Source: a virus
Taxonomy: Duplodnaviria > Heunggongvirae > Uroviricota > Caudoviricetes
Strand: one strand, 5' to 3'
Virus record (IMG/VR): IMGVR_UViG_3300042894_003937
Length of the DNA stretch: 64,000 nucleotides
Shown: one piece after another, positions 27,059 to 35,979 of the stretch
Numbering within the stretch: the first letter of the stretch is position 1
How the letters are laid out: each line of letters opens with the position of its first letter
Translations under genes and position numbers: made by a program
Notes under the pieces: model-generated
Database searches by the model: none
Seen by the model: the letters and a program-made list of their open reading frames with translations, nothing else
What the model was told of the DNA's origin: nothing

Positions 27059-27351
27059 TATATTTTAGGATAAACTCTTGATTTAGAAACTTCAATAACC
27101 ATCTTAACTTTATCTTCTGTAACTTCAAGAATTTCACCATTTATACTACCAGACATAACAGGAGTATAAACTAGGTCACCTTGCTTCATAGTAGGTGTAT
27201 ATTCTTTTCTTTTCTTTTCAGTTTGTAATGTTCTGTAAGCCGCATAAACTATAAATGAACCTAAGAAGGCTAATAGTAATAATAGAATTAGATTTGTATA
27301 TAAGATTGCATCTTGCATTGCTAAATCAGTAACCGGTAGTTTTGCGTTCAT
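27058..27351 (-). CDS. small membrane protein
   Basis: 97 aa; one TM helix. Confidence 0.5.
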   Translation of the reverse strand: MNAKLPVTDLAMQDAILYTNLILLLLLAFLGSFIVYAAYRTLQTEKKRKEYTPTMKQGDLVYTPVMSGSINGEILEVTEDKVKMVIEVSKSRVYPKI

Positions 27352-27352
27352 A

Positions 27353-27841
27353 TTATATTTCTAGTTTAATGTATTTCGAATCTTCTTTATAATCAATGAA
27401 CGTAATGTCGGTCACCTCATCTTCAATACTATCTTTTATCTTTTGTTTGGTTTCTTCTGAGATTGTGAATAGTTTCATTACTGATTTATAGATAGACCCA
27501 AAAGTCTGTTGTCTACTTTTTATATCATATACTTCTACTAAGCCATCCTTATAGTCATACGAGAACCATAATCCTTCCACCCATACACTCTGTTCTCTTT
27601 TTATATTTAGTGTCTTATCTAACGCTATATCTCTCCAATATGATATAGTCAATGAGTCTACTATTGGTTTAATCCAAGTTAGTAAATTTCTATCATCTAC
27701 TTCATCCTCTGGAAAGTTTACCCAATATGATTTACCATCAGGTCTTTCGATGGTAGCTCTTCTTTCGTCCGTATTATGACCTGAGTATCTACAAGGTTGT
27801 TTTGTCATATTACAAAGATACAATTTATATTTCAGTCTCAC
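27353..27841 (-). CDS. hypothetical protein
   Basis: 162 aa. Confidence 0.5.
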   Translation of the reverse strand: MRLKYKLYLCNMTKQPCRYSGHNTDERRATIERPDGKSYWVNFPEDEVDDRNLLTWIKPIVDSLTISYWRDIALDKTLNIKREQSVWVEGLWFSYDYKDGLVEVYDIKSRQQTFGSIYKSVMKLFTISEETKQKIKDSIEDEVTDITFIDYKEDSKYIKLEI

Positions 27842-28475
27842 AAGAAGACATCACTTCATTTATCTTCTTTTCTCTACTATCTGCAATTATCTGATAGATA
27901 TAATCGGTAAGACCTTCTTGTTTAAGAGTATCTATATTATTGAAAACACTTCTACTTTCTACATAATCTTCTATGAAGAATGGTTGATTCTGTTTTAACC
28001 AATCAATCCAAGCCCTTTGACTATTAATATCAATATTTGGTTTATCCCATTCTTGTTGAATAACTTCACAGTTATCGAATGATGGTAAATGACCGATATA
28101 TGAACCTATCAATTTAATATTTATTTTTAGATGATCGTTATTTCTTGGATCAAACTGGTAAGAATTTATTAGTTTATCTTTGAGTGTTTTACCAACTAAA
28201 GTAAATTTTATCTGACCTTCGTGATAGATACAAAGAGCTATCTTTGTGTTTTGTAGTTTTGATGGATAATTTCCCTGAGCTAACGCACCACCTTGATACA
28301 ATCCTTCTTGATAAGCTTTGGTTTTTAAAGCCGTTTTTAGATGATTCTGTGGTGTATCATAGATTACTTTACCACCAATATAAAAACCTCTTAGTTCTTC
28401 TACTGGTGAGAATGAGCCGTCTTTTTTAATGATTGGTAGTATTTTTATTATGTCACCGTCTTTTAGTTTGTACAT
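27825..28475 (-). CDS. hypothetical protein
   Basis: 216 aa. Confidence 0.5.
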   Translation of the reverse strand: MYKLKDGDIIKILPIIKKDGSFSPVEELRGFYIGGKVIYDTPQNHLKTALKTKAYQEGLYQGGALAQGNYPSKLQNTKIALCIYHEGQIKFTLVGKTLKDKLINSYQFDPRNNDHLKINIKLIGSYIGHLPSFDNCEVIQQEWDKPNIDINSQRAWIDWLKQNQPFFIEDYVESRSVFNNIDTLKQEGLTDYIYQIIADSREKKINEVMSSCETEI

Positions 28476-28484
28476 GATTTTAAC

Positions 28485-28781
28485 TTAATTAAAGCAGATA
28501 TAATTACCTACATAATATCTATTAAAAGTTTGAGGATCGATATAAACCGTTATAAATGTACCATTCTGATTTATATCAAATGAATATTGAGTGTTTCCAT
28601 TATTTCTTTTAGAAGCGATTAAGCCACAACCATAATATCTTTCAGTATAATTTGGATATAAAAATCCAATATTGTAATAAACTGGATTTATATAATTTGG
28701 AATTTGATAATTTGGAATTGGTTCTACAACACATCCACTTAATGTAAATGATAGTACAATTGCTAATATAATTTTTTTCAT
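28485..28781 (-). CDS. lipoprotein (signal peptide plus lipobox LSGC)
   Basis: MKKIILAIVLSFTLSGCVV. Confidence 0.55.
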   Translation of the reverse strand: MKKIILAIVLSFTLSGCVVEPIPNYQIPNYINPVYYNIGFLYPNYTERYYGCGLIASKRNNGNTQYSFDINQNGTFITVYIDPQTFNRYYVGNYICFN

Positions 28782-28785
28782 AGTT

Positions 28786-29013
28786 TTATTTTTTTAGTTT
28801 TTTTATTTCAATTATAAATATGTATTTGAATGCTGCCCACATCCAAAATACGGTAGCAGAGGTAACTACTAGATTTATGAACAATTGTTTTATCGAGAAA
28901 CCTTGTTGGTATATATACCACCATCCACATATACTATTAACGATTAGTGATAGCATACATAAAATCATAAATGTTATATAAATAACATCACCAGGTGTTG
29001 GTTTTACTTTCAT
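28786..29013 (-). CDS. small membrane protein (2 TM)
   Basis: 75 aa, hydrophobic. Confidence 0.5.
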   Translation of the reverse strand: MKVKPTPGDVIYITFMILCMLSLIVNSICGWWYIYQQGFSIKQLFINLVVTSATVFWMWAAFKYIFIIEIKKLKK

Positions 29014-29297
29014 ATTAAATCGTTTTTATATATCTCTACTGCTCTTTCTAAGATTCTTTTCAACTCTTTTTTATCCATTCTTGGGTCTTCAATATCAAAA
29101 TCAACATTAAATGCAAATTTAGGTCGTTGTTCTACTATTTTATCACCAAAGAGCCAATATTTTTTATACACTTCTTCGGTATATCCAAAATAAAAGTTGT
29201 ACCCTTTAAAGATGGCTGTTGATGCGGCATCATTACTATGAGTGTAATGTTTTGAATAAAAATATTCTTCACCTAAAATTATTATACTTTTCATCAT
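29010..29297 (-). CDS. hypothetical protein
   Basis: 95 aa. Confidence 0.5.
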   Translation of the reverse strand: MMKSIIILGEEYFYSKHYTHSNDAASTAIFKGYNFYFGYTEEVYKKYWLFGDKIVEQRPKFAFNVDFDIEDPRMDKKELKRILERAVEIYKNDLI

Positions 29298-29516
29298 TTA
29301 TATCAATTTATTTAATTTTTTATCTCTTTCTACTTCTAAGGTAGCATCTTCAAATTGTCCCAATAAAAGATAGTATGAATCATTATCATAGTTATCATTG
29401 ACTTTAACAATTAAATTAGCATCAAACTTTGAAGTACCAATATAGTCGATTACTTTATATACTTCACCTTCACTTAATCGGTAACCATCCTTTTTTATAC
29501 ATCTTACCCACTTCAT
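29298..29516 (-). CDS. small protein with tail motif (..VERDKKLNKLI)
   Basis: 72 aa. Confidence 0.5.
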   Translation of the reverse strand: MKWVRCIKKDGYRLSEGEVYKVIDYIGTSKFDANLIVKVNDNYDNDSYYLLLGQFEDATLEVERDKKLNKLI

Positions 29517-29905
29517 AACTCTCCTTTGTTTTTTAATTCTCTATATGTTTCATGTTCTACAAACTTACCCTCAACTTTATATCCCCACTGTCTCTTTGGT
29601 TTTGTCACGAAGAAAAGTGTATAAACAACTGGACTTAGCAGTTCTAGTATCTTATGATAGTCTTCACCGTTTCTTATATTGATATGACCAGGTGTTTGAA
29701 GATAAACACCCGTTTGTGTCAGTTCTTTATAAGAACCTTTTAAAACGATTGATTTAAAGTCCCAAGGGTGGTTATGAAGATGTTTATCAGCATCGGCTTT
29801 ATAAATAGCGTGTAACCAGATAGAACCCCAACGTGTTTTAAGGATTTCCCAACGTTTGAAGTGTAGTTCACCGGTTTTCGACTTTATTTCTTTGATTAGT
29901 TTCAT
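29513..29905 (-). CDS. hypothetical protein (His-rich segment HLHNHPWDF)
   Basis: 130 aa. Confidence 0.5.
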   Translation of the reverse strand: MKLIKEIKSKTGELHFKRWEILKTRWGSIWLHAIYKADADKHLHNHPWDFKSIVLKGSYKELTQTGVYLQTPGHINIRNGEDYHKILELLSPVVYTLFFVTKPKRQWGYKVEGKFVEHETYRELKNKGEL

Positions 29906-29906
29906 A

Positions 29907-30017
29907 TTACATTAATAGTATTGTTAATACAAGTATTATACCGAGTATTACTCTTGCTATAGACCAATACTTAGCTTCTTTGGCATTTTTCTTTGCGGTT
30001 TCTTCAAATGGATTCAT
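29907..30017 (-). CDS. tiny membrane peptide (MNPFEETAKKNAKEAKYWSIARVILGIILVLTILLM), 36 aa
   Basis: Hand translation; fills the gap between genes; single TM helix. Confidence 0.3.
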   Translation of the reverse strand: MNPFEETAKKNAKEAKYWSIARVILGIILVLTILLM

Positions 30018-30343
30018 TACTTAGATTTTTTAATCACTATGATGGAATCATTCTCAGATATAACTGATTCTACATTGATAGTTGTTGGTGTTCCCTTATT
30101 TACAAGTATTACTGATTGTTGGTGTTTACCTGATTGATAAGTTGTAGAAACAACTTGGTTATTTAGAATACCTACTTTTACATATTCATTATCACCACAA
30201 GATACTCTATAGACTTTAAGTCCTTTTAGTTCTGCTGGTAAGGTTGGTTCGTCACCAGTTAGTCTTTGACTGGTTACACCTTTATCTTCACAGGAAATTG
30301 TTAGTAGTGCGATACAGAATAGGATTGTTAAGATTTTTTTCAT
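30017..30343 (-). CDS. lipoprotein (signal peptide plus lipobox TISC)
   Basis: MKKILTILFCIALLTISCEDKG. Confidence 0.55.
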   Translation of the reverse strand: MKKILTILFCIALLTISCEDKGVTSQRLTGDEPTLPAELKGLKVYRVSCGDNEYVKVGILNNQVVSTTYQSGKHQQSVILVNKGTPTTINVESVISENDSIIVIKKSK

Positions 30344-30365
30344 TGTTATTTAGTTTATTTTTTAT

Positions 30366-30710
30366 TTATGAGAAATGTGAGAAGATGAATAGGGTTGGTT
30401 CTGTTGTAGGGTATATACCAAATAATTCAACATATTTGGATTTAACCTTTTCTGCATCACAAGAAGCAATGTCAAGGTTTACAAAGTCCCAACCTTCGTA
30501 TTCATCATTACAGTGTTGTACATTAAGTCCAAAGACGTTATACCTACCACACATTCCATCTGTGATTAAAGCAAAGTCTTCTCCTTCAAATCCACACATA
30601 ATGGATTCAAATTTTTCATGGTAAAGGTCAATTTTATTACCTTCATTATCAAGTATTTCATATGGTAGTTTCCAACCATATACAATATAATCACTTCTGT
30701 CTATTCCCAT
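30366..30710 (-). CDS. hypothetical protein
   Basis: 114 aa. Confidence 0.5.
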   Translation of the reverse strand: MGIDRSDYIVYGWKLPYEILDNEGNKIDLYHEKFESIMCGFEGEDFALITDGMCGRYNVFGLNVQHCNDEYEGWDFVNLDIASCDAEKVKSKYVELFGIYPTTEPTLFIFSHFS

Positions 30711-30711
30711 A

Positions 30712-31041
30712 TTAGTTAAGGTTTTGTAGTTGTAGTTGTAATCTTTCGATTTGTTGAGTAATCAATCTTCTTTGAGCTTCTCTTTGAGCTAAACGAATAG
30801 AATCCCATTGTGTTGGTATTTTAGTAGATACTTTTGTTTCTGTATCAAAGATATAAGCACTTAGTATACCACAAGATGTTGTTGTAGCTGAGAATTTCTC
30901 GATAGCTTCGTTTATAGTAATTTCACTATTGCTATCACGTGTTTCTATAATACACATATCATCCTCGGTTAAAGGGACGTTAAATCTGTTGTAAGCACTG
31001 TTTAAAACTAATCTTCTCATTTCATTTTCATTTAAGTACAA
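30712..31041 (-). CDS. hypothetical protein
   Basis: 109 aa. Confidence 0.5.
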   Translation of the reverse strand: MYLNENEMRRLVLNSAYNRFNVPLTEDDMCIIETRDSNSEITINEAIEKFSATTTSCGILSAYIFDTETKVSTKIPTQWDSIRLAQREAQRRLITQQIERLQLQLQNLN

Positions 31042-31094
31042 AGATAAACAAATTTTATGTAAAAAGATATTTTGGAAATGATATTTTTATTTAA

Positions 31095-31106
31095 TATATA
31101 CATAAT
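31095..31106 (+). promoter_or_regulatory. ATATATACATAAT box abutting the start codon (recurrent upstream motif)
   Basis: Same ATATACATTAT-type box occurs directly 5' of the ATGs at 34240, 35189, 54669 and (variant) 42517, 53117, 59930. Confidence 0.35.
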
Positions 31107-31523
31107 ATGAAGATAAAGAGAATAGGTGAATTCAATACCACAAATATCAAGACAAAACAATATAAAGACTATCTTTTAGTCATAGGTAAAAGTTCAGACA
31201 TATTCGACTATTTTGGAGTTGAAGAACTACACGGGTTAAAAAGATCTGAATGCTACGATACACCAGATGATGCATACATTGCCGGGCTTTGTAATCAATT
31301 CCCTGATGATCCATCAAAGCAGTTCTTATTCATAAATGAGATAAGAATTGGAAGAAGCTACAAAGACGTTCTTTTGATAATGCATGAGGCAATGCATCTA
31401 TCATTGGAAGTACATGGATATAACCTACAAGGTGATACAGAAGAAGTAGCAATTACATATGGGGAAAATGTGGCTACAGAGATATGTGAATATCTAAAGT
31501 CGATAGGAATATTGAAGATATGA
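31107..31523 (+). CDS. hypothetical protein with HExxH (HEAMH) zinc-peptidase-like motif
   Basis: 138 aa; LIMHEAMHLSLEVHG. Confidence 0.45.
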   Translation: MKIKRIGEFNTTNIKTKQYKDYLLVIGKSSDIFDYFGVEELHGLKRSECYDTPDDAYIAGLCNQFPDDPSKQFLFINEIRIGRSYKDVLLIMHEAMHLSLEVHGYNLQGDTEEVAITYGENVATEICEYLKSIGILKI

Positions 31524-31529
31524 TAGAAA

Positions 31530-31570
31530 AAAAAGAGAGGGTCTTAATAAGACCCTCTCTTTTATTATTT
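31530..31570. terminator. strong bidirectional hairpin agagagggtctta / taagaccctctct plus T-run
   Basis: 13-bp GC-containing stem between convergent genes. Confidence 0.6.
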
Positions 31571-32395
31571 TAATCCTTTTATGACAGTTGTTCCTGCACC
31601 AAAGACGTTGTTATTACCATAACGTGATACACCTTTATCAGCCCACTTCTCTTCAATCTCAAGTTCTTTCAATCTCAAGATTGCTGGTTGAGACATAAGT
31701 GCTTTAGCTTTCGTATCATACTCAGCTGTTTCAAAACGTCCTCTAGCTGCTTCTACTGTAGATGCTGCGATATTTGTTTCATAAGCTTTCAATTTCTCTG
31801 CTTTCAAGTTAAGTTGCTCTTGTTCTTGTTTAGCGATAATAGCTGAAGCAATAGCAGATGGTAAATCAACATCGGTAACTTCGGCAAATGCAACGTGAAT
31901 ATTTTCTTTAGCTAGTGAAGTTCTAATACTTGTTTCGATTTCACTTTCAACGTTTTCACGTTTAGCTCCATATATTTGTTCGTATCCATATCTACCGATA
32001 GCATCTTTAATAGCTCCGGATGATTGTACATCAATTACACTGGCTTCATAGCCTGGTCCGTGTTTAAGGTGGACAGATGGTGATTTACCTCGTAGTAAAG
32101 CGGCAGATACGGTTACAGATACGGTTACTTCGGTTCCGTCTTTATCAAGTACTTTGGCGGTGTACTTATAAGATTTATATTGTACATTATAGGTAATCAT
32201 TTCTTTCCAAGGAAGGTATGGTGTATACCCTTCACTATAGGTCATGGTTTTATCGATACCGCCGCCGAAGCTATCGAAGAGGAAACCTTCTTCTCCGGGT
32301 TTGATTGTTTTACCACTAAAGGCAAAGATTAAGAATGTGATTACAAGACCGAGTCCTGCTAAAATTTTTACAATTGTAGAAAAGTTTAAGTTCAT
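31565..32395 (-). CDS. SPFH/band-7 (stomatin/prohibitin-like) membrane protein
   Basis: N-terminal TM; band-7-like core; coiled-coil tail EQEQLNLKAEKLKAYETNIAAS. Confidence 0.6.
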   Translation of the reverse strand: MNLNFSTIVKILAGLGLVITFLIFAFSGKTIKPGEEGFLFDSFGGGIDKTMTYSEGYTPYLPWKEMITYNVQYKSYKYTAKVLDKDGTEVTVSVTVSAALLRGKSPSVHLKHGPGYEASVIDVQSSGAIKDAIGRYGYEQIYGAKRENVESEIETSIRTSLAKENIHVAFAEVTDVDLPSAIASAIIAKQEQEQLNLKAEKLKAYETNIAASTVEAARGRFETAEYDTKAKALMSQPAILRLKELEIEEKWADKGVSRYGNNNVFGAGTTVIKGLK

Positions 32396-32610
32396 TATTT
32401 TTTTGTTTTTTTTGTTATTAAATATTGTTGAAAGTCAGGATATTTGAAGATTGCCCATATGGAACCTAATGTTCCTAAAATTCCTATGATTTTAAGAGGT
32501 CTGGCGAGTCTTAGCATTTCGATTGATAGAAATAATAGGAAAGCTACTATTACCATATAAGCCATAAAGACAAAGATGTTGTCACGTGCTGATTTAAAGT
32601 ATTTGTTCAT
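32395..32610 (-). CDS. small 2-TM membrane protein co-transcribed with the SPFH gene
   Basis: 71 aa; ATGA overlap. Confidence 0.5.
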   Translation of the reverse strand: MNKYFKSARDNIFVFMAYMVIVAFLLFLSIEMLRLARPLKIIGILGTLGSIWAIFKYPDFQQYLITKKTKK

Positions 32611-32661
32611 ATTTTTTAATTTGTTTTACAAAGATAGGTATAAAAATTGAATAACCTAACT

Positions 32662-33048
32662 TTACTCTAATATTTTATTTAATTGTTTATCTCTATATAA
32701 TTCAATAGAGAATAATTGTTTTATATTTTCTTTTGTTAGTTCGATATATTGTTTACCTTCCTTAAGCATTGCTCTATCTTTTATTCTTCTTAAAGCTTCT
32801 TTAACATCTACTGATAATGATAATGTAGAATTATCAACACCTTCTTTTAATACTGGTTCTTGCCATACAGGATGAGTATAAACTTTATAGTTATCTATAT
32901 CAAATGAGAGTTTAAGTGTTTCGAGTGATATAATAGGTTCTGTTGAAAGACTTATATTTTGGTGGAGTTTTTCTAGGTCTTGATCTTTCGTTTCTAGATT
33001 GATAGTATATGGAAGTTGCATCATTGTTATGATTGCGTCTATTGTCAT
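32662..33048 (-). CDS. hypothetical protein with tail motif (..YRDKQLNKILE)
   Basis: 128 aa. Confidence 0.5.
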   Translation of the reverse strand: MTIDAIITMMQLPYTINLETKDQDLEKLHQNISLSTEPIISLETLKLSFDIDNYKVYTHPVWQEPVLKEGVDNSTLSLSVDVKEALRRIKDRAMLKEGKQYIELTKENIKQLFSIELYRDKQLNKILE

Positions 33049-33236
33049 AGTATTTGATTTAGTTTATCTTCTCTTAATTCTTGTACAGTAGCAAAGTTTA
33101 CTTTGTGATACCGAGAAGAGTTCCAAGGTATATCAGTATGGTTTTCTAATTGGAATGATTGTGAGGAGGAAAGTATTACCTTATACCATTCTCCTTTTAT
33201 CAGAAATCTTGAACCTCTTACACACAGAACTTTCAT
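33045..33236 (-). CDS. Fam-B small protein (MKVLCV.., ..ELREDKLNQIL)
   Basis: 63 aa. Confidence 0.5.
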   Translation of the reverse strand: MKVLCVRGSRFLIKGEWYKVILSSSQSFQLENHTDIPWNSSRYHKVNFATVQELREDKLNQIL

Positions 33237-33253
33237 ATGGTTTATTTATTTGT

Positions 33254-33353
33254 AGTCAGGACAGGATTCGAACCTGTATGTAACTTTATGTTTCCACTCC
33301 GTCTATAGTTACTACGGTATACTTAGCGTCTTACCAATTCCGCCACCTGACTA
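33254..33353 (-). tRNA. tRNA-like gene (Leu-like D-arm; canonical acceptor and T arms; anticodon arm not resolved, about 100 nt)
   Basis: Minus-strand RNA AGTCAGG-TG-GCGGAATTGGTAAGACGC..ACAGG-TTCGAAT-CCTGT-CCTGACT; 7-bp acceptor stem, GGTTCGAATCC T-arm, GGCGGAATTGGTA D-arm; no canonical 5-7-5 anticodon arm found by hand. Confidence 0.45.
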
Positions 33354-33438
33354 AAAATGAGAGTTCCATACTTCCGGGAAGTCACTCACAACCCACCTGC
33401 TTCTTTGTTTACTTTACAAAGATATGATATATATTTGA

Positions 33439-33672
33439 TTATATAATCTTATTTATTTGTTGTTCTCTCCATTTATCTAATTCCATAAAGTATTTCATCA
33501 TGTAAGCATAGTACTGGTTATTATCATCAGTAATCCATACTGCTATATCACCATCTAAAGAAAATATCTTATCTACGGTATAAACTTTCTGTAGGGTTAG
33601 ACCATCTATTTTAACACCATCAGGATAATGTTTGTTGATGGCTATATTATTTATACAAATGATTTGGTTCAT
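33439..33672 (-). CDS. Fam-B-like small protein (..KWREQQINKII)
   Basis: 77 aa. Confidence 0.45.
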   Translation of the reverse strand: MNQIICINNIAINKHYPDGVKIDGLTLQKVYTVDKIFSLDGDIAVWITDDNNQYYAYMMKYFMELDKWREQQINKII

Positions 33673-33680
33673 TATGGTAA

Positions 33681-33896
33681 CTATATTCCTATTTGTTTTA
33701 ATTTTTGTAATCGATTATTAAGTTTTATTTGGTCTTCGTGTATTTCTAGTTCAGATTCAACGAATGGGAAATTAGAGTTCTCGACATAAACAAATAAAGC
33801 ATCTATATTAGTTATAATACGTCTTGTGCCGGGAATACTTTTAATCTTTACTATATCACCAACATTCATATTAGTCAATGTTTTGAAATTCTTCAA
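33681..33896 (-). CDS. small protein with tail motif (..LQKLKQIGI)
   Basis: 71 aa. Confidence 0.45.
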   Translation of the reverse strand: MKNFKTLTNMNVGDIVKIKSIPGTRRIITNIDALFVYVENSNFPFVESELEIHEDQIKLNNRLQKLKQIGI

Positions 33897-34182
33897 CTGC
33901 TAAGTTATATGCGTCTTGTAGATTTTTATCTGCAGGTCTATTGATAGTTTTGATTAGTTTTAATACTTGACTATGTTTTAACAAACCTTGTTTGATTTGA
34001 TTATCAGTAGGGTTGTGGTATCTATTTACAACCTTTAACAGAGACTTAAACTGTTCTGCTAATGAAGTAGCAGTATGTGCCAGTTTTAGTTCTTCTAAAG
34101 CTTTATTATAAGTAAAGTTAGTTGCTTTGAAGTTATTCATTTCTTCTTTATGTATTTCTTGTAATTCTTTGATAGATGTCAT
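33871..34182 (-). CDS. hypothetical helical protein
   Basis: 103 aa. Confidence 0.45.
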   Translation of the reverse strand: MTSIKELQEIHKEEMNNFKATNFTYNKALEELKLAHTATSLAEQFKSLLKVVNRYHNPTDNQIKQGLLKHSQVLKLIKTINRPADKNLQDAYNLAVEEFQNID

Positions 34183-34227
34183 ATGTCGTTATTTAATACA
34201 ACAAAGATATGGATATTATTTTATAAT

Positions 34228-34238
34228 ATATACATTAT
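34228..34238 (+). promoter_or_regulatory. ATATACATTAT box 1 nt upstream of the ATG
   Basis: Recurrent start-proximal motif. Confidence 0.35.
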
Positions 34239-34239
34239 T

Positions 34240-34686
34240 ATGAAACATTTAAAAAAATTTAATGAAAGTTTAGAACCAGTTGAGATCGATGAGTTAAAAG
34301 ACTTCTGTGAGACATCACTCGCTTATCTATTAGATGATGGGTATCAAGTTAGTGTATATGAATCAAGATTTAAAGATGTATCTGTAAGAGATAAAGTAAA
34401 GTATCCTGAGAAAGAACATACAATTGTAAGTTTGGGTTTAAAAGGAAAAATGGGTTATAGGTTATTCGATTGGAATGATATAAAAGATTATTACATACCA
34501 TTTCTTCAAATGTTAGTAAGAAGATATGAATTACTACCTTTCGGAATGTATGATAAGATTTGTTATTTTAATACCGAAGGTGGTTTTAGATATTTATCAT
34601 TAGATCAAGTTATAAATGATAGGGTTGGCTCAGAACTTGGTAGTCGTTTGTGGGGAATAAATATAATGATAGTAGATAAGATATGA
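34240..34686 (+). CDS. Fam-A paralog (start at MKHLKKFNES)
   Basis: DFCETSLAYLLDDGY..NDIKDYYIPFLQML; the ORF-track start upstream is unlikely. Confidence 0.7.
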   Translation: MKHLKKFNESLEPVEIDELKDFCETSLAYLLDDGYQVSVYESRFKDVSVRDKVKYPEKEHTIVSLGLKGKMGYRLFDWNDIKDYYIPFLQMLVRRYELLPFGMYDKICYFNTEGGFRYLSLDQVINDRVGSELGSRLWGINIMIVDKI

Positions 34687-35123
34687 AACATTTGAAAAGA
34701 TATAATGAAAGTTTACAACCTAATGAGGTTGACGAGTTAAAAGACTTCTGTGAGACTTCATTGGCTTATCTATTAGATGATGGATATAATGTTGATGTTT
34801 CTATAAGAAATTCAGTAGGGTATCCAGGAAATAATCAAGTAATCGTAAGTTTGGGTTTACCTACATATAGTGAAAGTGGTTTACTGGATTATAAAAGGTT
34901 CCATTGGAATGATGTAAAAGATTATTACATACCATTTCTTCAAATCTTAGTAAGAAGATATGAGTTGCTGCCTTATAGAGGTGAGGGTTATGTTTATTTT
35001 AATGGTGAGATGGGATTTGACTATTTCTCATTAGATGAAGTAATAGATGATACGGTCAGTGGTATGAATCACATTGGTAGTAGTTTATGGGGTATAAATA
35101 TAAAAATAGTAGATAAGATATAA
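34683..35123 (+). CDS. Fam-A paralog
   Basis: MKHLKRYNES..DFCETSLAYLLDDGY..NDVKDYYIPFLQIL; ATGA overlap. Confidence 0.7.
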   Translation: MKHLKRYNESLQPNEVDELKDFCETSLAYLLDDGYNVDVSIRNSVGYPGNNQVIVSLGLPTYSESGLLDYKRFHWNDVKDYYIPFLQILVRRYELLPYRGEGYVYFNGEMGFDYFSLDEVIDDTVSGMNHIGSSLWGINIKIVDKI

Positions 35124-35179
35124 ACTATCTCCTTGAGACATATACACCCAGACTCAAACTTTTTAAAAATAATTTTAAT

Positions 35180-35190
35180 ATATACATTAT
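35180..35190 (+). promoter_or_regulatory. ATATACATTAT box overlapping the ATG
   Basis: Recurrent start-proximal motif. Confidence 0.35.
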
Positions 35191-35965
35191 GAAATACTGT
35201 AGAAAACAAAGTGTAAGTTCAGGAAGAACTTTACGCTATATTAAAAGTTTTAATCAAACACTTGAGAACTACTCAACTGTTGCCAATACATTTAGAGGAT
35301 TACGACCATCTATTAAAAATCTTGCCATATTAACCGCACAGAACCCACATGGTGAGCAACATTCAAATGAGTTTAACAAATCTGCGAACCAAGAACTTGA
35401 AGAGGTTCTATCTAAAGCTAAATTAGGTTATAAAAAGGTTAAAGGTTCGTATGTTCAAAAAGAGAAATCATTTATTGTTTTTAATATACCTTATGCAGTA
35501 GCTATAGAAATTGGTACAAGATTTAAACAAGATAGTATTATCTATGGTGAGATTAACGATAAACAAAGTTATGATGATGATGAATCAATGTTATTTAAAA
35601 TTATAGGAACTGATCAAAGTAAGCCAGAAGAATATAAGAAAGTTTTGGCAGAAACTAGTGTTTTTGTTAGTAGAGATAATGCGGATGATTTTTATAGTGA
35701 GATTAAAGGTAGGAAATTTATATTACCATTTTATGATGTGATTGATCAATCTGATGATCCTACGATACTTAATATAAAAAAGGATTATACTGGAAGTAAA
35801 TGGAAAGGTGGTAAAGCGGAACCTACATCAACAACAACTTATCGACTTCCTGATTGGTTATTAAAATGGCAGCAAGATCAAAGGATAAAAGAACATGAGG
35901 AAAAACATTCAATGTACAATAAATCCAAAAAACCTTTCATTAGAAAGGTAACTGGTGATAACTAA
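35189..35965 (+). CDS. hypothetical protein
   Basis: 258 aa. Confidence 0.5.
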   Translation: MKYCRKQSVSSGRTLRYIKSFNQTLENYSTVANTFRGLRPSIKNLAILTAQNPHGEQHSNEFNKSANQELEEVLSKAKLGYKKVKGSYVQKEKSFIVFNIPYAVAIEIGTRFKQDSIIYGEINDKQSYDDDESMLFKIIGTDQSKPEEYKKVLAETSVFVSRDNADDFYSEIKGRKFILPFYDVIDQSDDPTILNIKKDYTGSKWKGGKAEPTSTTTYRLPDWLLKWQQDQRIKEHEEKHSMYNKSKKPFIRKVTGDN

Positions 35966-35979
35966 AAGTAAAGTATAAT

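Noticed and set aside
29513-29905. Possible enzymatic His cluster (HLHNHPWDF) suggesting an HNH or cupin protein
   Set aside because: Too short and ambiguous a motif to assign a family without profile search; left as hypothetical.
30244-30624. 126-aa plus-strand ORF
   Set aside because: Antisense to two well-formed minus-strand genes (30017..30343 lipoprotein and 30366..30710) in a uniformly minus-strand block.
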